Below, in pieces: positions 55,842-63,421 of a stretch of DNA of 64,000 bases. The notes below the pieces were generated by a model, which was not told where the DNA came from, did no database searches, and saw only the letters and a list, made by a program, of their open reading frames with translations. The position numbers and the translations under genes are program-made. Location: positions 32,001-96,000 of the forward strand of contig BTUM01000017.1 of NCBI GenBank assembly GCA_045863235.1, in the 5' to 3' direction. This DNA is from Candidatus Xenobia bacterium. GTDB lineage: Bacteria; Vulcanimicrobiota; Xenobia; Xenobiales; QWHO01. Numbering within the stretch: position 1 is the stretch's first letter; every line of letters begins with the position of its first letter.

Positions 55842-56339
55842 CTAGGCGATGCCACCCATCAGGCCGCCCAGGGGCGAGGCGAGGTTGCCGGCGCCCAGCC
55901 CGGTCGGATCGAGGGTGGGACTGATTCCAGGGACCGCAGGTGTGGCACCCAGACCCGGGGTTGTTGCCAGCCCGGGAGTGGCTCCCAGGCCCGGGGTCGT
56001 GCCCAGCCCACCCAGGCCAGGAGTGGCTCCGAGGCCTCCGGTGGGATCGAGTCCCGTGGCGCCGGGCAGCCCACCCTGATTGGCCAGCGGCCCGCCCCCG
56101 GTCACCGGCCCGAGCATGTTGTTGGCCAGATTCTCAAAGCCGGTGGGCCCTCCGAGCTTGCCAACCCCGCCCGTGATCTGGTCGAGCTGGGCCTGGCTCT
56201 GGGCGATCATCTGCTGATTCTGGATGGCCGTCTGCTGCATGATCTGCTGACTGGCCGCCACCAGTTGCGCCTGGGCCTGAGGAGAGAGGGTTCCACCGCC
56301 GCCGCCGGCGCCGCCAGTCTTGGGAATCGAGGTGGCCAT
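55842..56339 (-). CDS. Gly/Gln-rich low-complexity protein with GLGATP repeats (harpin-like composition)
   Basis: AGGAGG SD; Gln-rich helix followed by GLG(A/T)TP repeats; no Cys; no signal peptide. Confidence 0.8.
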   Translation of the reverse strand: MATSIPKTGGAGGGGGTLSPQAQAQLVAASQQIMQQTAIQNQQMIAQSQAQLDQITGGVGKLGGPTGFENLANNMLGPVTGGGPLANQGGLPGATGLDPTGGLGATPGLGGLGTTPGLGATPGLATTPGLGATPAVPGISPTLDPTGLGAGNLASPLGGLMGGIA

Positions 56340-56420
56340 GCGAGTCCTCCTGGAGCGAAGTATCTTGGACTCAGGATAGCCCTCCGGCTCACCTCGACTG
56401 TTGCGGACGGGTTAACAGCA

Positions 56421-56459
56421 TGTAACAATCCTTTCGGATATGTTTCAGGCTTCTTCCAG
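56421..56459 (+). promoter_or_regulatory. Array of 11-bp-phased half-sites (TGTAAC/TTTCGG/TTTCAG/TTCCAG)
   Basis: Half-sites begin at 56421, 56432, 56443 and 56454, upstream of 55842-56339. Confidence 0.55.
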
Positions 56460-56473
56460 TTTGTTCATAGAAG

Positions 56474-57109
56474 TCAGGGCAACAGCTCCACGACCACTTT
56501 GGTCAGCCCGCTGCCGGTCCGTCCCCCCGAGACGACCTGATTGAAGCCAGCGTAGAGGTCGTAGTTGATCGGCCCCTCCTTATCCGGCTGGCCGGCCAGG
56601 GCGAAGAGGGCCGGATGTTGCCAGGAGCTCCCTCCGGCCCTGACACTGCCATCGCTGACTTCTACAACCACGGTGCCAGATGCGAAGTCGCGCAGGTCGT
56701 AGAGCTTGTGAGTGGGCTGGCCGATCATCTGGTCGTTCCCCCAGACCGAGAGGTCGCGCCCCACGATCTGCACCTCGGCGTCGTTGGATTGGGTCGCGCC
56801 GTCTCCGCCGTAGCCGTTGCAGGAAGACGAGTCAGCGATGTTCAGGGTCCAGCCCTCGGGTCGCGCACCATAGGTCAGGGTAAAGCGTGCCCTTCGATAT
56901 CGCTCGAGCGTCAATTTCAGGACAGCGCGCCCCTGTGAGGGCTCCTGCACCCAGCCCATGGGAGCCTCGGGGGACATCTCATAGCGGTTGGTCGTCAGGT
57001 CCACCCGGCAGACGGCGCGCCGGTCATCTTCCTGAGAGTTGAGGGGAGTGAGCAGGGCCGCCAGGGCGACCAGAGAGCTGAGCCACAGGAGGTTCTTGCG
57101 CATGGTCAT
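56474..57109 (-). CDS. Exported hypothetical beta-rich protein
   Basis: Signal peptide MRKNLLWLSSLVALAALL; GWTLNIADS..CNGYGGDG..SNDAE. Confidence 0.8.
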   Translation of the reverse strand: MTMRKNLLWLSSLVALAALLTPLNSQEDDRRAVCRVDLTTNRYEMSPEAPMGWVQEPSQGRAVLKLTLERYRRARFTLTYGARPEGWTLNIADSSSCNGYGGDGATQSNDAEVQIVGRDLSVWGNDQMIGQPTHKLYDLRDFASGTVVVEVSDGSVRAGGSSWQHPALFALAGQPDKEGPINYDLYAGFNQVVSGGRTGSGLTKVVVELLP

Positions 57110-57171
57110 TCTGACGCCGATCAGGCAAGAATCTTCCCGGCCAGGACCCTCCAGCCAGGGTCCTCGCAGGC

Positions 57172-57306
57172 GAGCGCAGCCGGAAGCCCCTTGACAAGGT
57201 TTTCCGGCTGCGCGACGCCCGACATATTGTGCGAAAGTCCGGCCGCCTCCAAGATCCTGTGATGAGGGGCAGGGGCCCCGAGAGCGTAGCTCTGCGGCCG
57301 GACTTC
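57172..57306 (+). repeat. Repeat family A, most complete copy (two-domain structured element)
   Basis: Hairpin 1 CGCAGCCGGAA..TTGACA..TTCCGGCTGCG; domain 2 closed by a perfect 12-bp IR at 57235-57246/57294-57305. Confidence 0.88.
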
Positions 57307-57311
57307 CAGGG

Positions 57312-58097
57312 TCAGTGAGAGGAGCCGGGCACGCAGGCCACGCTCATGGGAGCGCGCTGCAGCACGGCCATGGAGACCGAGCCTTTCCAGAGCCGCTCCA
57401 ACCCGGAGCGAAGATGGGTGCCCATCACGAGCAGGTCGACCTGTTCGCGCTCGGCCACGGTAATCAGGTGCTCCTCCACGGGCCACTGGGCCACCTCCAC
57501 CTGGCATTGCGCCCGGGGCAGGCCCGTATAAGCCTGCAGCCGACCTGTCTCCTCCTCAAGCCACTGCTCGTCCAGGTTGGCTCCGCCCGAGACCTGCACG
57601 GCAAATTTCTCGATCGGACCCACCCTCTCGAGCGACCCCAGCCACTTGAGCGCGCCGAGCACCGAACCGTCCAGGCTGACGGCCAGCATCACCTTCAAGG
57701 GGCGCTCTCCCTTCAGCCAGGAAGCCAATCTATCGGGCTGTCGCACCACCAGGCTGGGCACCGGACAGCTGCGCACCACTCGCTCGGCGGTGCTTCCCAG
57801 AAGCCAGTCGGACAGGCTGCGCCGGCCCAGTGAGCCCACCACCAGCAGTTGGGCGTTCAAGGCTCGGGCTCGCTCGACCAGGACCTCGTCGGGATGGCCA
57901 GCCAGCACCTCGGCCTGCACCTCGTCGCCCAGCTCGGCCGCGGCGGACTGCAACCGGGCACGGCTGGCGTCGGGCTCGTCGGCCACATGCACGAGGTGAA
58001 GTTGAGCGCCCAGCTTCTTGGCCAGGCTCAGGGTCAGGCGCGCGGTTTCCTGCGCCAGGGGGGAAAAGTCAGTTCCACACAGTACAACCTCAGACAC
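57312..58097 (-). CDS. Universal stress protein (tandem USP domains)
   Basis: VLCGTDFS, LHLVHV, LLVVGSLGR, LLGSTAERVVRSCPVPSLVV, DLLVMGTH, GSVS; GAAGGAG SD. Confidence 0.93.
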   Translation of the reverse strand: MSEVVLCGTDFSPLAQETARLTLSLAKKLGAQLHLVHVADEPDASRARLQSAAAELGDEVQAEVLAGHPDEVLVERARALNAQLLVVGSLGRRSLSDWLLGSTAERVVRSCPVPSLVVRQPDRLASWLKGERPLKVMLAVSLDGSVLGALKWLGSLERVGPIEKFAVQVSGGANLDEQWLEEETGRLQAYTGLPRAQCQVEVAQWPVEEHLITVAEREQVDLLVMGTHLRSGLERLWKGSVSMAVLQRAPMSVACVPGSSH

Positions 58098-58252
58098 GGA
58101 TGAAAGTTCTCCTTCTCAATTGGGTGAAAGTGGGCGAGCAACGCGCAAAACTCTTCTTAGGATCGCGGAGCGCAACTGCGCTCTGGCCTAGAACGTCGTT
58201 CCGGCGCGCTTCGCCCGATCGGGTGAATGTGCAAGACCAGAGGGCGAGCACA

Positions 58253-58546
58253 TCAAGCGCTGTAAAGAAGACGAGAAGGTGGGCCGCGTCGGGCGATCGG
58301 CAGAGCGCGAATACGACTGCGCCGGCAGTCGGGTCGATCCAGGGGACGCCAGGCCGCGGTCGAGCTCAACAACCCCTGCAACGGGGCCACAGGGCGGCAG
58401 TTGCGCGAGCGGCCGGTCCGGCTCACCAGGGCAAACTCTTGCCAGGTGGCTTCGGGGCTGAGCAGCTCCTCGATCAGTCCTGCCGGCTGGCCGCCGACCA
58501 GCAAGCCCGCCAGCACGCAAACGACAATCAGGGGGCGCAGCGACAT
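58253..58546 (-). CDS. Small exported/TM protein with near-terminal RGPP motif (candidate leader or arrest peptide)
   Basis: Hydrophobic N-terminus LIVVCVLAGLLVGG; ...PIARRGPPSRLLYSA*; fills an otherwise empty 500-bp gap. Confidence 0.5.
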   Translation of the reverse strand: MSLRPLIVVCVLAGLLVGGQPAGLIEELLSPEATWQEFALVSRTGRSRNCRPVAPLQGLLSSTAAWRPLDRPDCRRSRIRALPIARRGPPSRLLYSA

Positions 58547-58621
58547 ACCGCCAGAGGTTAGCAGATAGCCTCCCCTCTGGCAACCCTGGCAGACGCGGAG
58601 TCGTCAATGCCAGGCTGAAGT

Positions 58622-60472
58622 TCAGCGCATCGGAAATGCGACCGCAGCAGTCGCGGCTCCTCCATGGCCATCGTGGATGACGACCCGAAGCTGATAGACA
58701 TTACCAGCGGCCGCCCCGGCGGGGGCTCGAAAGGTTATCGTATTGAGGTTGCCGCTGGTCGTTCCGGTGCCCAGGTAGGAGCTGGTGACCGCGCCATAGT
58801 TATAGGGATCCTTCTGAGGGGCGTTGATGTTGTCGACCGTGCCCCCGATCAGATACCACTCAAAGGTCAGCGGGTCGTCGTCGGTGGCACTGACGCGGGC
58901 CGTCAACTGCGCTCCGGGGGCCACCTTGGGGGGGTTAGGTCGGGTCAGCGAGGCCTTGAAATCGCAGGCGATACCCTGTGGGTCCCCGTCCGTGATCACG
59001 ATCTTGGGGCAGGGATTGGTGCTGAGCTTGCCGCCATAGACATCAGCCACGGCATCGGCGCACTCCAGACGGTCGAAATTTGCCCCCCCCGTCCAGGGTG
59101 GATTGACGAACGTCTTGAATTGGCCCCGGTAAACGTGGGTCATCTTCCAGAAGGCCGGCAGACGCGAATTGTGTGGCGGGCCCCAGTTCAGGACCAGGCC
59201 TCCCACCGAGCCTGCCTTCTTAGCCGCCTCACTGGCCACGTAAAGGGTGTAGCTGCGGCGATAGTTCAATGCGTTCTGAGTCGAGTTCAACTCCAGCCAG
59301 TAGTTCTGCCCATTGAGGTTGACGTGCGGCATGTCGTCAGCAGGAAGGTCGTAGCTGTAATACTCGGTGATGGCCCAGGGCTTGCTCCACCCCCCCTGGA
59401 CCAGATTCTGGGTCTGCTGGTTGAGGAATCCGCCTCCGGAGTGGTTGGCGTCGTACTGACCGTAGAAGTTGTTGATCGCCAGCCAGTCCAGGGCTGGCAG
59501 CTGGGTTTTGAGCGTGCTGACGAAGCTTGCCGAGACCGTGGGCACGGCAGTGGCCATGGGTCGAGCCAGCTTGCTGACGGTGGTGCCGGTCTTCACGGCA
59601 GTGATCACGCTGTTGAGCTGAGGAAACTGGCCCGGGGGAATCTCGTTGCCGATCACCCAGGCGCCCAGATAGTCGAAGTTGGGATCTTTCTGCACCAGTT
59701 GAACGGTCTGCGGGATCAGCGTGCCCATGTTCCCCTGAGCCGGGTCAAAGACCAGACCGGCCAACAGGATGACCTTCTTGTTCGGGGTGGAAGCCTGCTT
59801 GCACAGGGCCAGCAGGGCGGAGATCAACTGGGCTTGCTGGGTCGGGTTCTTGAAGTTCCACCCCACGCCGTAGCTACGAATGCAGTTGCCTCCTGCGCTC
59901 TTGATTTGCGGACTCACATAGCTGAACCAGTTGCCCTGGTTGGAATCAGCCTCAACCGTGTAGTCGAAGCCCATCCCTCGCAGATCCACCGGCAACCCGT
60001 CCAGCAACAGATGGTAGTCGACCGCTCCCTCGCTTCGGTTGACACCCACCTCGTGGCGCACGAAAACCACCGGCTGCAGAGGAGAATTCGGAATGCTCCA
60101 CAGATGCTCGAGCTCGGTGACGGGCAGCTCGAGAGTGACCACCTGGCCCGATTCCTCCACGAAGCCCAGTTGGACGAAGGCGGTGGCTAGCGGCAGACTG
60201 AAAGAATGCGTGGGCTGAGGAAAGAGGCTCCAGGTCGGCTGAAGGGGGGTTCGATCGGCCCCCAGAGGGGTCACCTGCAACTGGCGGACGCTGGAGGGGA
60301 GGCCACTGGTTGGACCGGCCTCAAACTCGTGATCCAACTCCAGCACGACGCTCCGCTGAGGCCCCGGGTCAGCGACTGGAAGCGGCTCCGCTGCGGGCAG
60401 AGCGGATTCTAGCTCTGAGCCGCATCCCAGCATGAAGAGCATGAACAAGACCGGAATAACGGATGATTTCAC
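58622..60472 (-). CDS. Lipoprotein with clan GH-A (GH2-like) glycoside hydrolase TIM barrel and C-terminal PKD/Ig-like domain
   Basis: Lipobox MLG-C; GGNCIRSY, WVIGNE (acid/base), WAITEY (nucleophile); DDDPLTFEW...VVIHDGHGGAATA; AGGAGG SD. Confidence 0.82.
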   Translation of the reverse strand: MKSSVIPVLFMLFMLGCGSELESALPAAEPLPVADPGPQRSVVLELDHEFEAGPTSGLPSSVRQLQVTPLGADRTPLQPTWSLFPQPTHSFSLPLATAFVQLGFVEESGQVVTLELPVTELEHLWSIPNSPLQPVVFVRHEVGVNRSEGAVDYHLLLDGLPVDLRGMGFDYTVEADSNQGNWFSYVSPQIKSAGGNCIRSYGVGWNFKNPTQQAQLISALLALCKQASTPNKKVILLAGLVFDPAQGNMGTLIPQTVQLVQKDPNFDYLGAWVIGNEIPPGQFPQLNSVITAVKTGTTVSKLARPMATAVPTVSASFVSTLKTQLPALDWLAINNFYGQYDANHSGGGFLNQQTQNLVQGGWSKPWAITEYYSYDLPADDMPHVNLNGQNYWLELNSTQNALNYRRSYTLYVASEAAKKAGSVGGLVLNWGPPHNSRLPAFWKMTHVYRGQFKTFVNPPWTGGANFDRLECADAVADVYGGKLSTNPCPKIVITDGDPQGIACDFKASLTRPNPPKVAPGAQLTARVSATDDDPLTFEWYLIGGTVDNINAPQKDPYNYGAVTSSYLGTGTTSGNLNTITFRAPAGAAAGNVYQLRVVIHDGHGGAATAAVAFPMR

Positions 60473-60579
60473 AACATCCTCCTATCGCATCGACCACCTG
60501 GGGCTTGATCGTGAGACCGGATTCGAGGCCGGCCATGTTCCCTGAAGGATTTTCCAGTCGGCATGGAATAGTTCTCCCC

Positions 60580-61551
60580 GTGAAAAACTGCCTTCTCTCT
60601 TCGCTCCTGTGCGCCTGCCTCAGCCTGGGCGCCACCGCCCAAAGCGAAGCCGGCCAGCCTCCGGCCTCGCTCGAGAGCTCGGCCGAAACTTCGGCCGCCG
60701 TGCTGGCCTCGCTCGAGCTGCAGCCCGCCACCTCCGGCCCGCAGAGTGTCCCTCCGGACGCAGTCCCTGGCGACACGCTCCCCCCGACCGATCTGGCCCA
60801 GGCCGAGGAGAATCCCCCGGCCGTGCCAGCTCCGGCCCCGGAGCAGGCCTCGCTCGAGCCCATCGGCGGCGACTTCTTCCTCAAGTTCTATACCGGTTTT
60901 GCGGGCACCCAGAATTCAGACCTGCAGCTTTCCCAGCCCGCCGCCGGCAACGAGCTGCTGTTCAACAACGTGAGCTGGATCGACGCCTCCTGGGGCCAGC
61001 CGAATGCCCCTTACTACGGCATTCGGCTGGGCTACTTCCTGGAGGACTTGCCATGGCTGGGAGTCATGGTCGACTTCCTCCACTTCAAGGCCATCGCTGA
61101 GACCGGCAAGGTGGTCAACGTCAGTGGGACGCGCCTGGGTGCCCCCATCAACGCTGCCATTCCGATGAGCTCCATCGTATCTCAGTATCAGATGACCAAT
61201 GGGATCAACTTCCTGACCTTCAATGCCCTGGCTCGCTGGCAGCTGGACGTAAGCGAGGAGTTCCCGCACGGACGCTTTCAGCCGTACGCCGGGGCCGGAC
61301 TGGGGCCCACCTTCCATCAGCCCGAGATCGTCATCGACGGCATCTCCAGCACCTTCAACGAATACCAGTGGGGGGAGCTGGGCGTGCAAGCCCTGGTGGG
61401 CGTGAGCTACTACATCATTCCCGAGCTAGACCTGTTCACCGAGTATCGCTTCACCCACACCCAGACCAACCTGGACACCCCGCTGGGGGGCAAGGGCATG
61501 ACGCCCATCGACACCCACCACATCGTGTTCGGGACCGGAGTCCACTTCTAA
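60580..61551 (+). CDS. Outer-membrane beta-barrel protein (OmpA/OmpW-like 8-stranded; lipid A oxidase-like)
   Basis: Signal peptide; Pro/Ala linker; PYYGIRLGYF, FQPYAGAGLG, LFTEYRF; C-terminal Phe (VFGTGVHF). Confidence 0.82.
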   Translation: MKNCLLSSLLCACLSLGATAQSEAGQPPASLESSAETSAAVLASLELQPATSGPQSVPPDAVPGDTLPPTDLAQAEENPPAVPAPAPEQASLEPIGGDFFLKFYTGFAGTQNSDLQLSQPAAGNELLFNNVSWIDASWGQPNAPYYGIRLGYFLEDLPWLGVMVDFLHFKAIAETGKVVNVSGTRLGAPINAAIPMSSIVSQYQMTNGINFLTFNALARWQLDVSEEFPHGRFQPYAGAGLGPTFHQPEIVIDGISSTFNEYQWGELGVQALVGVSYYIIPELDLFTEYRFTHTQTNLDTPLGGKGMTPIDTHHIVFGTGVHF

Positions 61552-61619
61552 CCCTCGGGCGGTTTTGCACTTTACTGGAACGTAGTTCCGGCCCGTTCGA
61601 GCAAGTTAGCCTGGCAGAG

Positions 61620-61653
61620 TGATGCAAAGTCCTCGAAGAGGGCTCTTGCATCA
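61620..61653. repeat. Repeat family E hairpin between convergent genes
   Basis: TGATGCAA-AG-TCCTC-GAA-GAGGG-CT-C-TTGCATCA; first 23 bp identical to 25699-25721. Confidence 0.8.
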
Positions 61654-61707
61654 TCCTGCGCTCAACGTTTGTCAAGCAAGCTGATGCCCTACACAACTGG
61701 TTTTGCA

Positions 61708-63390
61708 TCAGCCTGCTAGATTGGATTCTCCGCACTCGGGACAGTGCAACCGCACGGCTTTGAGGTCGATGAGATGGGCTGGCACCAGGAGACTGGCGTG
61801 GCAACCATCGCACACGAGCAGCCTGGCCATCCGCTGGCCACAGGCGGGACAGAAGCTCCCCCCCGACGAGGCGGATCCGCAGGCCAGGCAGCATTTCCCC
61901 TGGCCCTGGGGCCGGGGCGGGCGATTGGCTCGCAGCTCCTCCAGCCGGGCCAGGGCCAGCCGCAACTCCTCACTCATCAGCGTCAGGCTCTCCTGACGGT
62001 GCCCCAGGTTGTCGCGCTCGGTCTGAAGAACCCATCTCTCGCGCGAGTCGCAAGCCCGGGGGGCACTCAACTCGCCGGCCAGCTTTTTGGCCAGCTCTTG
62101 AACCACCTGACGAGCCGGGCGCAGCGGTCGAGGGTCGCGCTGGCTCAAGGCCAGCGCCACCTTGTCCAGCAGCTGGCGGGAAAGGCCCAGACTGGCCAAC
62201 AAGCGTTCTCGCTGCTCGCACACCGACAGGGCCAGTCGGGCCGTGGCTTCCGTCTGGCTGCGCAACCAGCCCTGATAGGTGGTGGTCAAGAAGGTCACCG
62301 CGGCCACTCCCGATGCCAGGTAGAGGTAGTCGCGCCAGGCTCCCCCGTAGACACCGTTGACCACCAGCAGCAGGGTGAACAGGCCCAGCGGGAGGGCCAG
62401 GCGCAGGGCAAAATCCCGATCCACCACGTGAGCCACGTGCAGAGCCAGAGGCGGAGCCCAGCAGACCAGCGCCACCCAGAAAGCCACCTGGGTCGAGACA
62501 TCCTGGTGAAAACCAAGCACCGCAAAGATGACGAAGAAGGTCGAGTAGGACAGAGCCAGCAAGAAGAACCCGCCCAGCCGAAAGTGAGCCAGCGCACCGG
62601 GACGGTACAGCTCGCCAAGATACCAGAGGCCCAACCCGAACAACAAGACGGCCAGGCCGGTCAGGCGAAACAGGGTGCCCACCCGGCTCAGAGGGCTGGG
62701 CGAGGGAGTGAGCTCGAGCGCGATGGGCAGACGCGAAACCAGGTTCTCGAGCCGATAGACCAGTCGGTCTGACTCGAGCAAGGTCGGTCGGAGCGACCAG
62801 GCTGCCACCCGAAGCTGGCTCAGGTCGGGGCTCTTCACGGTCACCTGGAGGCTGCGCAGCTGGGCCGCCAGGGGTAGCTGATAAATCAGGCAATCGCTGC
62901 CCGAGGCGGCGTAGCTGAACTCGACCCGCTGCAAACCAGCGGGCAGTTTGCCCACCCAGACCGCCTCGGAGGGGGTATAGGTGGCCCCTTCGGGCTCCAG
63001 GCTCTGCCCGTCCACCACGAAGCGCAGGCTGGCCTCTCTCAGCTCGCTGGCCTGGCGCGGAAAGGGCAACTCCAGCCGGGTCAGCTGGCCGGCGGGGACC
63101 TCCAGCTCATAGCTGCCCTGATGGGTCAGATCGTAGCGGCGAACGGTGTCCAGACCGACCTGCTCGAGGTGAGTAGACAGATCCAGCTCGACCCGACCCT
63201 CCCGTAGAACCGGCAGGATCCCTCCGGGCCGAGCCGGAGCAGACTCTTGTAAGGTGGCCTCAGGCCGGGCTTTTGCCCGCGTCTTTTCGCGAGCGCGCAA
63301 GAAGTTGGGGATCAAGATCGCGCAGAGAACGGCGAAGAAGGCCACCACGAGCATCAGCTCGATCAGAGTGAAGGCGGATCGCTTGTGCAT
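61708..63390 (-). CDS. Type IV prepilin-leader protein fused to a polytopic (CreD-like) membrane domain and double zinc ribbon
   Basis: KRSA|FTLIELMLVV...IPNFLRAR; about 6 C-terminal TMs; CLAC..CPAC and CDGC..CPEC. Confidence 0.8.
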   Translation of the reverse strand: MHKRSAFTLIELMLVVAFFAVLCAILIPNFLRAREKTRAKARPEATLQESAPARPGGILPVLREGRVELDLSTHLEQVGLDTVRRYDLTHQGSYELEVPAGQLTRLELPFPRQASELREASLRFVVDGQSLEPEGATYTPSEAVWVGKLPAGLQRVEFSYAASGSDCLIYQLPLAAQLRSLQVTVKSPDLSQLRVAAWSLRPTLLESDRLVYRLENLVSRLPIALELTPSPSPLSRVGTLFRLTGLAVLLFGLGLWYLGELYRPGALAHFRLGGFFLLALSYSTFFVIFAVLGFHQDVSTQVAFWVALVCWAPPLALHVAHVVDRDFALRLALPLGLFTLLLVVNGVYGGAWRDYLYLASGVAAVTFLTTTYQGWLRSQTEATARLALSVCEQRERLLASLGLSRQLLDKVALALSQRDPRPLRPARQVVQELAKKLAGELSAPRACDSRERWVLQTERDNLGHRQESLTLMSEELRLALARLEELRANRPPRPQGQGKCCLACGSASSGGSFCPACGQRMARLLVCDGCHASLLVPAHLIDLKAVRLHCPECGESNLAG

Positions 63391-63421
63391 GACCTGGATA
63401 CGCCCCGACCCCGGGAAAGGT

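Noticed and set aside
57230..57306. Hammerhead- or HDV-like ribozyme in the family A element (GTGATGAG, GAAA, GGCCGCCTCC)
   Set aside because: The core reads GUGAUGA rather than CUGAUGA, GAAA is not positioned after a stem II, and I could not build an HDV pseudoknot.
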